Shown here in pieces: positions 1 through 9,247 of a stretch of DNA of 64,000 nt. The stretch's first letter is position 1. Each line of letters begins with the position of its first letter. The notes under the pieces are model-generated. The model had not been told where the DNA came from. It worked only from the letters and a program-made list of their open reading frames with translations, and ran no database searches. This DNA is from a virus: the IMG/VR virus record IMGVR_UViG_3300010885_055964, positions 1 through 64,000 of that record. One strand, given 5' to 3'. Both the position numbers and the translations under genes were made by a program.

Positions 1-630
1 CACCTCGTAAACCGCCCCAAAGCTTTTGCTCGCAAGCCAGCCATACAGGATGCCGCGGTCATACATGATCGCCCTGTAAACCACCTCTGCCGCGGCCTCA
101 ACGATGGCACTGTCGGACGCCCGCGTATCGCCGGTGACCGAGGGTGTGCGAGCCTCGTGTGCTTTCCCAGCGGCATGGTCCGCAGGGACCGCCGCCGGCG
201 CGGCGTCATGAGCGGTGGTGATGCGGCGGCGGTATGAGCGACCTTTGCCGGGCTCAACGACCCGGCCAACAACCCTCACGCGACTCCAGTGGTCGGGTTT
301 CAAGGCCCAAAACTCGTCCCCGTCTTCCGTTGTTTCTCCAGGCACCAAATAGCGCCACCCGCGTCCCGAGCCGTTCGCATCGCCATCGGCCAGCGCGTCG
401 GCAGCCGGCGCGGCGTCTAGATCAGTAGTGCCACGCGCGGCGAGTGTGGCGTCAATCGTCACCGTCACAGTGCCGTTACGCACTGATAACGTAGCGTCTT
501 GTTCTGCAAGTAGCCGAATGGCTTCACGTAATTTAACGATCTCTTCCCGGGCTGCATCCACGTCAAAAATCGTCACAGCCGTGTGGTCGGCCAATTTGTC
601 AACAATATCGTACCCCCAAACAGCGGGCAT
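1..630 (-). CDS. Hypothetical GC-rich phage protein, partial (runs off window start)
   Basis: Manually translated 210 open codons from ATG at 630 (MPAVWGYDIVDKLAD...GWRYLVPGETTEDGDEFW...). AAGGA RBS upstream. Absent from the ORF track because it has no stop in the window. Confidence 0.7.
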   Translation of the reverse strand, partial: MPAVWGYDIVDKLADHTAVTIFDVDAAREEIVKLREAIRLLAEQDATLSVRNGTVTVTIDATLAARGTTDLDAAPAADALADGDANGSGRGWRYLVPGETTEDGDEFWALKPDHWSRVRVVGRVVEPGKGRSYRRRITTAHDAAPAAVPADHAAGKAHEARTPSVTGDTRASDSAIVEAAAEVVYRAIMYDRGILYGWLASKSFGAVYEV

Positions 631-874
631 GGTGTTTCCTTTTTGACGCGTTGGTAGTGAAGCATCCAAGTCGGTATTATACTCTTGAAGTTGCTCGTCT
701 CTGCTCCGTTTTAAGAAGGTTCAATTATATACAGTAGCAAGGTTATGCTTATTATTAAAGCTACAGTTACGTAGTTGGGTAATTGGTCTAATATGTCTAA
801 TATGATCATTGTGGGTAGTCCATTCATACTAACGATAATTTTAATACATTCTTATACCTCAAGCCAAGGCATAA

Positions 875-2626
875 TTATGTTTTGACCATTTGGTATTTGA
901 TTACTTGGATATGTGTGGTGTTGCACCAATGTAATTTGATGCCTGTACCTTCTATTACTCTAAAACGACCTACTGGTGGTCTACCATGTACCACTAAATC
1001 AAGCATCTTATCATTGTCGTACCCCACAGTCACGAAAGTGACTTTGTAGGTTTTTGACTGTCCGTTCTTTGTTTTTCTCTCCCCGGTATATTTTCTATAA
1101 GTAGCGACTAATCCTCTGAATGTAACATAGGTTTTGTCATCTTCTCCTATCCATTCCTTGTAGTAACAACCATCTAGAAACTGATCATCTATCCAATACC
1201 CATATTTGGCCAGATCTGACTTTTGCCCGGATGAAGCGTAAGTTTCAATTCCGACTATAGTGTCGTGTTCAATACGCCATGGCGGCTTGCCTAGAGTCAA
1301 CTTCAGACCGGATGCGACAGCATGCCTAAAGAATACCCATTTTTCATACATTGATTCGCAATGATTCAATGCTGTTAACCAGAATTGTTGTGGTTGTCGG
1401 GCTTTCTGATAAGCGAGTGCCCATACCAATTGGCCGTAAGAAATAGCATGTGATTTGCAAAAAGAATATAATGATAGCCTTTTAAAATTATCTCTGATTA
1501 ACTGCTTATCTTCTTCTGATGCTATTCTAGACATCAGCTCTTCTATTTGGTCTTCTTTGTTTTTGGCGAACGCTCTTCTGTAATTGTCTGCTTGTGCTTC
1601 TGTGCAGCCAGTCAATTGTCTGAATTTATCTATCGCATCATCATCGAAAACCAATACAGGATCATGTCCATTTAATATTTTGTCTTTATTACCTTCGGCT
1701 GCTGCTGCCGGTCTTAGAAGTGCTAATGCAAAGGCTACATCCGATCGGCTTTTAGGCTTCATGGACGTGAATATCTTCCTCATAGCAGGTGACTCTGCTA
1801 TGGTGATACCCATATTATCGCCTCTTGATAACAGGTCGCTGGTCGCTGTATCCTCTTCTGGATATTCTGACAGACCTCGTGAGCTTAAATCGTTGAGCTG
1901 GGCTAATGCTCTATTAGATAGTATGTCTATTTTGATCAAGTTCTTCTGTTCAACTTGGTCCTTATTTAGCTTGATCTGATTTCCTTTGAGTATCCATTTG
2001 GGTGGGATGCGTTGATCGAAGATTACTATACCACCACAATGAAGTGAAAATCCTCTGAATGTGTTGCATAGTCCAGCTGCTGTTTGTATTACTTGCTCTA
2101 ATGTTTCTCTACCCAATATCTCCTCTAGATCTGCGTATTTGCCAAACTTTTTCCTATAACCATGTCTTCTAATGGCCTCTCGGATCGCTGATTTTTCTTT
2201 GTAGTATAGATGATTAGATATTCTTGCAACTCTGTGTTTGCCAAAGTGGTCATATATTCTTTGGAAGACATCTTCTCTTCTATTGTATGGAAAGTCTATA
2301 TCGATGTCTGGATTATCGATTCTTTCTTCGTGCATAAATCTGGCTAACGATATGTTATATAGTATTGGATCTATATCTGTTATTCCCAATAGATAGCATA
2401 CTAGTGAGCTACCTGCTGAACCTCTTATCACGTGGGGTATGTCTTTAGTTAACTCGAGTATGGTTTTTACTTGGATGAATGTATCGGTAAAATTCCTATC
2501 TCTGATTAATCGTAGCTCTTGCCTGAGCCTTTGTTTATATGTCTCGTTTTTGGGTAATCGTCTGGTGAAGCTAGATATAATAGTCTGCAGCTTAGATATA
2601 TCGTCTTTCATACTTATCAAATACAC
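875..2626 (-). CDS. dnaE: DNA polymerase III alpha (family C), minimal form lacking the PHP domain
   Basis: Motifs IRGSAGSSLVCYLLGITDIDP, PDIDIDF, LHCGGIVI, IKIDIL, YSFCKSHAISY; no PHP motifs; 583 aa. Confidence 0.88.
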   Translation of the reverse strand: MYLISMKDDISKLQTIISSFTRRLPKNETYKQRLRQELRLIRDRNFTDTFIQVKTILELTKDIPHVIRGSAGSSLVCYLLGITDIDPILYNISLARFMHEERIDNPDIDIDFPYNRREDVFQRIYDHFGKHRVARISNHLYYKEKSAIREAIRRHGYRKKFGKYADLEEILGRETLEQVIQTAAGLCNTFRGFSLHCGGIVIFDQRIPPKWILKGNQIKLNKDQVEQKNLIKIDILSNRALAQLNDLSSRGLSEYPEEDTATSDLLSRGDNMGITIAESPAMRKIFTSMKPKSRSDVAFALALLRPAAAAEGNKDKILNGHDPVLVFDDDAIDKFRQLTGCTEAQADNYRRAFAKNKEDQIEELMSRIASEEDKQLIRDNFKRLSLYSFCKSHAISYGQLVWALAYQKARQPQQFWLTALNHCESMYEKWVFFRHAVASGLKLTLGKPPWRIEHDTIVGIETYASSGQKSDLAKYGYWIDDQFLDGCYYKEWIGEDDKTYVTFRGLVATYRKYTGERKTKNGQSKTYKVTFVTVGYDNDKMLDLVVHGRPPVGRFRVIEGTGIKLHWCNTTHIQVIKYQMVKT

Positions 2627-2707
2627 TCGCGATATTTGATACTATAGTTGTATATGTCGGCTTATGCCAGGTTTATCTAGTCCCGCCAAAGACGTCAAAA
2701 CCCAGGT

Positions 2708-3049
2708 TTATGGCGTTTTGTATGGTCTTTTATCGCCGTTCGGATATTTGGATAGGATTAGACTGTTCACATTTTCTAATTGTCTTTCTAAATTCATCTT
2801 TGACAATGTCATAGCTTGATACTCGGTTACGAATTCACTCTCTGTAAACAGTAATTCACCCCCATGTACATATGATCTTCTATCACCGTATAAACTAGCG
2901 CTGACAGCACCTGCAACACCAGCGTATACAGAGTATACCCATTCTAGTCCCCTCTTGGATATACCGCTTATTCTTACTGGCTCGAGAAACCCTAATGCAG
3001 CTGATTCCCTTAGATACACTATATCATTAATTTCGTATACGGGCTTCAT
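2708..3049 (-). CDS. Hypothetical protein
   Basis: 113-aa ORF, GGAG RBS, co-oriented in a minus-strand run. Confidence 0.6.
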   Translation of the reverse strand: MKPVYEINDIVYLRESAALGFLEPVRISGISKRGLEWVYSVYAGVAGAVSASLYGDRRSYVHGGELLFTESEFVTEYQAMTLSKMNLERQLENVNSLILSKYPNGDKRPYKTP

Positions 3050-3059
3050 AGTAGTCTCC

Positions 3060-3338
3060 TTATATATTTTTGGTTCTATTGTCTTCGGAGCATCTGATAT
3101 ATTCTATCGTGTCTCTAAGTAGTGCTGTAAAATCCTGCAATTCTTTAGGAGTCAATTCAGCCCCAATGCAAGACATGTATTCTCTGACTTTAAGCATATT
3201 ACATTCGGCCTGGGCAACAGCTGGTTCTAAAATAGTTATGTGGGCTTTAACATAATTTAACCACATTTTGATTATTTCATCATCCATGATTATATCTCGA
3301 TTATTCTGATTTGCCCACGGTCGGTAATCGATAACCAA
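3060..3338 (-). CDS. Hypothetical protein
   Basis: 92-aa ORF tiling with neighbours. Confidence 0.5.
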   Translation of the reverse strand: MVIDYRPWANQNNRDIIMDDEIIKMWLNYVKAHITILEPAVAQAECNMLKVREYMSCIGAELTPKELQDFTALLRDTIEYIRCSEDNRTKNI

Positions 3339-3600
3339 GAGCCCATAAAACCCTAGATAAATCAGCAGCAGTTGCGGTCACACATTCTTCTGATACAATA
3401 TCAGGTCCCAATATAGCATGTAGGGCTTCGTGGCATTCAGTTTCTAATCTTACCCTGCCTTTTAATTTAGAATTAATTAATACTTTTCTATCTGCAAACA
3501 TCGTCCAGCCATCGGCTAGACCTTTGAGTGGTGAATATCGCCATAACCAACGGCGTTCAGACAGTCGAAAGTGGTGGTCTCTGTCTGCCATAATTACCAC
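3301..3600 (-). CDS. Small HExxH zinc metallopeptidase-like protein
   Basis: ECHEALHA motif preceded by a predicted strand (RKVLINSKL). Confidence 0.55.
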   Translation of the reverse strand: MVIMADRDHHFRLSERRWLWRYSPLKGLADGWTMFADRKVLINSKLKGRVRLETECHEALHAILGPDIVSEECVTATAADLSRVLWALGYRLPTVGKSE

Positions 3601-3705
3601 TGTTATTAACTCTTAATAACTACATCAACACTGGCCAATCATAAGGCCAGTCGTCCTCTCCGATGATCGATAAATCAATGTCTATCTCCATGACACCAGA
3701 CTCTC

Positions 3706-5070
3706 TTATTTATTACTAGCTGGTAGTCCCGTGTAAGTGTCTATATTAGACTGGAGTCGTGCTTCCGGCCCAGTATGATAATCCCAGACGAATGCCATAG
3801 CTCCCCGCTTCTGCCAATTAAATCCTTTAAGACGGTGCCACTGGTTAGGGGGAGTCAACGCTGGAAGATATTCCACACTTACTCCTTGCTCCTCCATACT
3901 ACTGGGTTTGCCTGACCCCTTACGATGTTGATCCCCTAAATGCCACTCTCGATATATCGTTTGAGACCAGTCAGCTGGCCTTTCATTCGCCATCAATGCT
4001 GGAAGTCTAGTGTTAGAGATATGATGGCCGTGTTCAAACCCTATTAGATTAACACCATATCTGTGAAATTTGTACGGCGAGCTATCAGCATCTACTATCA
4101 CATTTTGATCATTTCTATAGTAAGCATTTAAAACTCTGGCTAGGGTATAAGAAGAGTGATGATCATGGTTGCCAGGGATGCTAATTACTTTGACATTAGC
4201 TTCTCGTTTAAGTCTCTCTACCATATTTATGGCTAATATTTCTGCTCTCTCGTAGACGTAGCTCCATGAAATTCCTTCAGGTTGAGAGGTACCTTTTGTT
4301 GTTTCATGCTTCATGCCATCATGATGCATATAGTCATTGCCGAAAGGAAATATTATTTCCTCGAAAGGACCATGATGTTGAGCTTTGTGGATTAAGTCCT
4401 CGATAGCCCACATACACAAATCTTCACACTCTTCGAGGCTCCATTGCATGTCAGAGGACGGTTTGTAGCATTGCAAACCAAAATGTGGATCCATAATCGA
4501 GACTTCCAAAGAACGTTTCAGGTCCTTGGCTTTTTTAATAGTCTGCCTTTTGATTAAAGGCACCTGTTTCGATTTGCTACCAACCATTTCGATAAGTGAC
4601 TCTATCGCTAATCTCTCATCTGATTTTCTCCGCAATCTGATCTTTATTTGTCTTAGAGGCATCTTCCACAATCTTTGTGTGGCTCGCTCGTCAGATTCTC
4701 CTTTGTGATTAATCTTTCCACCTAATTCCCAATTATTTATGGTCACTTCTGCCACTTCCCATATGTTCAGATCTACCTTACTACTAGCTAATAATTCGTC
4801 AGATGTCTGTATGGAATTACCGACATATTCTATTATTATGTTGTTATCAGATTGTCTAATCTCTGTTTTCTCTGGCGTTTCTTCGCCAGCATGATCATTA
4901 CTATTTGCTTTCGGTGTGTCGCCTAATTTTCTCAGTGCTATTGCATATCGGTCGTAAATCGTACTTCTAGAGAGTCCTAATTGTTTAGCTGCTTTTGAAA
5001 AATTACCATTATTCGCTTCTACTGCGTTCTTCGCTTGTATTAATGATTCTAAGCTTACTTTAACTGGCAT
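3706..5070 (-). CDS. N-terminal HTH plus calcineurin-like metallophosphoesterase
   Basis: HTH (FSKAAKQLGLSRSTIY); DPHFG, GND, PGNHD, FEHGH and GDQH metal-binding motifs. Confidence 0.8.
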   Translation of the reverse strand: MPVKVSLESLIQAKNAVEANNGNFSKAAKQLGLSRSTIYDRYAIALRKLGDTPKANSNDHAGEETPEKTEIRQSDNNIIIEYVGNSIQTSDELLASSKVDLNIWEVAEVTINNWELGGKINHKGESDERATQRLWKMPLRQIKIRLRRKSDERLAIESLIEMVGSKSKQVPLIKRQTIKKAKDLKRSLEVSIMDPHFGLQCYKPSSDMQWSLEECEDLCMWAIEDLIHKAQHHGPFEEIIFPFGNDYMHHDGMKHETTKGTSQPEGISWSYVYERAEILAINMVERLKREANVKVISIPGNHDHHSSYTLARVLNAYYRNDQNVIVDADSSPYKFHRYGVNLIGFEHGHHISNTRLPALMANERPADWSQTIYREWHLGDQHRKGSGKPSSMEEQGVSVEYLPALTPPNQWHRLKGFNWQKRGAMAFVWDYHTGPEARLQSNIDTYTGLPASNK

Positions 5071-5171
5071 GTTTTACTCCGTACATGCTTCATTGATTAG
5101 ACAAGTTGTGCATATTATCTTCAGGCTTGCATGTCTTTTTTATACTCTTAATTCCACGAGAGCGGTGACGT

Positions 5172-5516
5172 ATGCTATGTGATATATGCCAGCAACCTCT
5201 TACAGCTCTAATCAGATATGATGATTATCCTTTTATAGATGGTAAGTATTATGACATTGTATGCCACATATGCCATAGTGTGCCTAGGACATGGCAATAT
5301 GACCAAGAAGGTAATGTTATATATTATGGATACTTAGATTGTACCCGACTAGCCTCTGTTCAGACACTCATGCGAGAGGGCTGGGACCAACAGCAAGCTC
5401 TATGCTCTATACGTGCCGTCAAAAAATTAATCAAATATAAAGAGTATAGTATTCACATCAGGCAATCATTCTTTATTATTAAACAATTGTATAACATGAA
5501 TGTCGAACTATGGTAA
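5172..5516 (+). CDS. Hypothetical zinc-finger protein
   Basis: CDIC and CHIC pairs; divergent from the 5070 gene. Confidence 0.55.
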   Translation: MLCDICQQPLTALIRYDDYPFIDGKYYDIVCHICHSVPRTWQYDQEGNVIYYGYLDCTRLASVQTLMREGWDQQQALCSIRAVKKLIKYKEYSIHIRQSFFIIKQLYNMNVELW

Positions 5517-5965
5517 CACAGGGTGGTAATAGTGATCACCCCTATCGACAATCGATACCTTTACTAATATTTAAAGATCTAGCTAAGCAATTCCGTAAGC
5601 AGCTGGGTATACAATTCGATATCAAAGCACATCCCATTAACGCCACGTCAGCTACATTAGTATTCAAAAATCCGGACCACAAAATATCATTCTACTTATT
5701 CGCTGGTAACTTAGACCTATTACTCGCCATAGTCAAATTGCTGTCGGTGCCTTATGTCAAGGCATGGGTAGATAAGCATAAATTATTTAGTCAACCATTT
5801 AATTCGGAAGCCAGCACCAGCAAATACATAATATCAGTAGATATAATCAAAGGTAACAAACTATCCAGTGCCAAGTCACCAGTACCCATTGGAATAGATT
5901 TGGCAGACCCAGACAGCATTTCAGAAATAAAAGACTGGATATCAGTCGTCGTTCAAAATGTTTAA
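5510..5965 (+). CDS. Hypothetical protein
   Basis: 151-aa ORF overlapping both neighbours. Confidence 0.5.
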   Translation: MVTQGGNSDHPYRQSIPLLIFKDLAKQFRKQLGIQFDIKAHPINATSATLVFKNPDHKISFYLFAGNLDLLLAIVKLLSVPYVKAWVDKHKLFSQPFNSEASTSKYIISVDIIKGNKLSSAKSPVPIGIDLADPDSISEIKDWISVVVQNV

Positions 5966-7328
5966 TTCACCATCTAATCTTAATCTTTTATTTATCATAA
6001 CTGATCAACAAAGATACGATGCTATAGGATATACAAACCATTTAGTCAAGACACCCAATTTAGATGGATTAGCTGATCAATCTATAGTTTGCCGTCAAGC
6101 GATAGTACAAAGCCCCCAATGCCAGCCTAGCAGGGCTTCTTTGTTGACTGGTCTTTATCCAGACAATATAAAAATGTGGTGGAATGAGACCACTCTCGAT
6201 CCAAAATACCGTACTATAGGCAACCATCTCATTGATAATGGTTATAATACTGGATACTTTGGCAAACTACACATTGATGGAGAACCTAACTACAAACAGG
6301 TGGCTAATCATTATGGATTTACCAACACATACTTAACTGAAGATTGGATAGGTTTAATCCAATCAAACAAAGATCATGCTGTGAATAAGGCCAAGCATGA
6401 ATTTTATTCACCGATGCAAACAGACATTCAAATATCTTTACCACTAAAGTACATGGCGCCATGGACAGGCAAACTCTCATCGAGCCAATCACATCACGAA
6501 GATGTAGTAGTTAATAATGCCATAAGATTCTTACAACAACAAAAATTACAACACAAACCTTTTGCTTGCTTCGTTAGTTTCCATGGTCCTCATCCTCCAT
6601 ATTGTTCACCGCCGCCATTTAATGATTTATATCGCTATGGCGACATACCTTTGCCAGATCAATTATCGACCACGTGGTTTGGTCATCAATTGTCTAAGAC
6701 CGATTGGCACAACATCAAAGCCCAATATTATGGTGCAATAGCATGGATAGATGATTATATCGGTCAGATATTGTCTACGGTAGACCTAAGTGATACTTTG
6801 GTCATATTCACATCTGATCATGGTGACATACTGGGTGATCATGGTTATTTTTCTAAAGGCGTTTTCACATATGAAGGAAATGTAAGAGTTCCATTAATTA
6901 TCCATTGGCCTGGGATGGGTAGGGTCGAATATCATCATCCTGTGCAGTTAATCGATATATTGCCGACTGTTATGGACATTATGGGTTTATCATTTAATGA
7001 TAAGATAGACGGGATAAATCTTTCTCAATCACTATTAAGCGATTCTCCAGTAAATGAATTCGCATTTAGTGCTATTGGTATTAATCCGCGTCATTATATG
7101 GCACGTCAATCCCAATATAAATACAATATTGGAGATAAGCAGCAATTCTACGATCTAGTGACTGATCCAGGAGAATCAGTTAATCACATAGACAATCCGA
7201 CATATGCTGAACAGCTTATGAAAATAAGAACAGGTTTATCTGATCACTTATCGAAGCTCAATAACCATCATTCACGTAATGCGAGTGATTGTATGAATAG
7301 AATGGCTAATGTCATATATTATTCTTAA
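5958..7328 (+). CDS. Sulfatase (formylglycine-dependent, choline-sulfatase/arylsulfatase-like)
   Basis: IITDQQR, CQPSRASLLTG signature, GKLH, PHPP, SDHGD, EGNVRVPLI, FYDLVTDPGE. Confidence 0.92.
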   Translation: MFNSPSNLNLLFIITDQQRYDAIGYTNHLVKTPNLDGLADQSIVCRQAIVQSPQCQPSRASLLTGLYPDNIKMWWNETTLDPKYRTIGNHLIDNGYNTGYFGKLHIDGEPNYKQVANHYGFTNTYLTEDWIGLIQSNKDHAVNKAKHEFYSPMQTDIQISLPLKYMAPWTGKLSSSQSHHEDVVVNNAIRFLQQQKLQHKPFACFVSFHGPHPPYCSPPPFNDLYRYGDIPLPDQLSTTWFGHQLSKTDWHNIKAQYYGAIAWIDDYIGQILSTVDLSDTLVIFTSDHGDILGDHGYFSKGVFTYEGNVRVPLIIHWPGMGRVEYHHPVQLIDILPTVMDIMGLSFNDKIDGINLSQSLLSDSPVNEFAFSAIGINPRHYMARQSQYKYNIGDKQQFYDLVTDPGESVNHIDNPTYAEQLMKIRTGLSDHLSKLNNHHSRNASDCMNRMANVIYYS

Positions 7329-7446
7329 TCATATAGAGGCTAATCTCCAGGACCTTTACTTGCCCTTAGGTGGCTTTATCCGCTTACTATCCACACGACG
7401 CTGTATAGCAGCGACCTGTTCAGCCCAACTACACCCACACTTAAAA

Positions 7447-8295
7447 CTAATTTTCTTGGTTATACTTAATAGTATGTGCTATATATTCTTGGATCATGAG
7501 TGGTGTGCTATTAACTATATCGACTCTTCCTATTGGTGTCCAACCCTGTCGAAATATTTTTGGTACTTTATTAGAACTAGCTAAAACAAATCCATCGTAG
7601 CTGGTCGTATGCGTGAGAAAATCAGATGAGACTATAATGTTATAATTATGATTAGTAATAATGCTTAAGACATCATCATGTAGTTCTTGAGAGTGGGTCG
7701 AAATGAACGCATAACCTATTTTCGAATTTTCAAATGCGATCTTTGCTTCCTCTAGCATATCGATTTCGTACCCTTGTATATCAGAATGTAGAATGTCTAT
7801 ATAATCTATATTGTTGTCCGACATTATCTTATCAACGTTTAGGTGGTTCTTGCCAATCAGTCCAGAGATATGAGTGGCTCGATAGTTATTCATCAATATG
7901 TTTAACTTGCCTACATCCATATGGTGGTCGTCTGGCTCTAATATGAAGCATTTTGCTTCCCTCCTTACCCTCATTAGCCACATAGAATAATGAGCCCAAT
8001 AAGCACCTAGCTCTAACATTGTAGGTGCAGCCGGCATTATTTTTAAGACCTGTTGAAAGCAATATTCTTCAAGCGGCTCATGCACACCACGGTTTAGTAT
8101 TAATATGTCACTAAATCTACCGTAGTAACTATCCAAAGACACAATATTTCCATTATGCAAAATTACACAATTATTGGCAACATAGCCAGCGTTCGGCACT
8201 CTTTCAATTAATATATTATGAGGGTCGGATATAATTTCCCTAAATCTATCATATTTAACATTAGCTTTTTCAGTATTTATCTTATGTATTAACAT
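7447..8295 (-). CDS. FkbM-like SAM-dependent methyltransferase
   Basis: MLELGAYWAHYS, LEPD, ILHSDIQGYE, FISTHS. Confidence 0.75.
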   Translation of the reverse strand: MLIHKINTEKANVKYDRFREIISDPHNILIERVPNAGYVANNCVILHNGNIVSLDSYYGRFSDILILNRGVHEPLEEYCFQQVLKIMPAAPTMLELGAYWAHYSMWLMRVRREAKCFILEPDDHHMDVGKLNILMNNYRATHISGLIGKNHLNVDKIMSDNNIDYIDILHSDIQGYEIDMLEEAKIAFENSKIGYAFISTHSQELHDDVLSIITNHNYNIIVSSDFLTHTTSYDGFVLASSNKVPKIFRQGWTPIGRVDIVNSTPLMIQEYIAHTIKYNQEN

Positions 8296-8321
8296 ACTGA
8301 CACGGTATGATATAGTTATGC

Positions 8322-8609
8322 TTAATTGGCTACGGAGTAATCCGTATACATTTTCAGCATATTAGTCTTACCGCTTTGTCTATATGTTCTATATATGAAT
8401 CGGAATTTGTCTATGTCGAGACCAGACCCATCAGGTCTGCGTGGAAGGTAAAAATCATCATCTTGGTTTAGGGGTAAATACCTCTCATCGAACGATTGAT
8501 TTTCTGGTAAATGATGCACGACATAACGCGAACCGTCCTTCACAGCGGCCATGGCCAATTTAGACATCATTGCTATAAATGGTAAACTTAAGAAGGCTCG
8601 ACGTCGCAT
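8322..8609 (-). CDS. Hypothetical protein with twin-arginine-like leader
   Basis: MRRRAFLSLPFIAMMSKLAMA. Confidence 0.55.
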   Translation of the reverse strand: MRRRAFLSLPFIAMMSKLAMAAVKDGSRYVVHHLPENQSFDERYLPLNQDDDFYLPRRPDGSGLDIDKFRFIYRTYRQSGKTNMLKMYTDYSVAN

Positions 8610-9247
8610 GTTTGATTCCCTTTTGGTTTATCTAGACCTAGTTGATGCCTCATTGTTGTTATTACTGCTACTGCTCCGCAGTGCCCATTTACTCCCAAAT
8701 GATTTAGTAAGTCTTTGTACATTTTTTCATAATCACCTAGAGGAGCTTGGTGATCATGAGTCGCTTCAACTGTAGGTGTAGTCTTTTCTCGTGATTTAAC
8801 TATTACTTGAGCCTCGAGCAGCTTTATAGTATTGTTAAATGCGGTTTTAAGTAGTTCTTCTGGCAATGTTATATCAGATAATTTACCGTTTCTAGCGAGC
8901 CCAGCCATCACACAATCAGATATGTATTCTATAACGTCGACCAAATTAACGTCGGCGGGTACGCCATCTGGGTTGTTAAGGTGATGACGATGTATCTTAC
9001 GGTGGTTATCCCACCACTCAGTCTGCCTAAAGCCAGTCATATAATCTTGGTAAAACCAATCTATTAATGTGAGCTTATCATAATCATGTGAGCCAGCGGC
9101 TTCCATCATTTTACCAGAGAAAAAAGCAAGAGCTTTGGACACATCTCCAATATGAAGGCGGCTTGATTCTAACAGTGTTTCTTTTTTAGTGTTTAGATAA
9201 GGACAATAGCGCGTATCAGCAGTAGGCGATTTCTGTATTTCTATCAT
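8588..9247 (-). CDS. HD-superfamily phosphohydrolase-like protein (DUF5662-like)
   Basis: H..., HDYDK, HRHH..NP, DVIEYISDCVMA pattern; coupled to the dUTPase gene. Confidence 0.65.
   Translation of the reverse strand: MIEIQKSPTADTRYCPYLNTKKETLLESSRLHIGDVSKALAFFSGKMMEAAGSHDYDKLTLIDWFYQDYMTGFRQTEWWDNHRKIHRHHLNNPDGVPADVNLVDVIEYISDCVMAGLARNGKLSDITLPEELLKTAFNNTIKLLEAQVIVKSREKTTPTVEATHDHQAPLGDYEKMYKDLLNHLGVNGHCGAVAVITTMRHQLGLDKPKGNQTCDVEPS

Noticed and set aside
234-646. Plus-strand 64-aa and 72-aa ORFs
   Set aside because: Antisense shadows of the longer minus-strand ORF, which has an RBS
875-2626. Eukaryotic giant-virus origin for the whole window
   Set aside because: Shine-Dalgarno sites, coupled operons, CsrA and sigma-like genes indicate a bacteriophage
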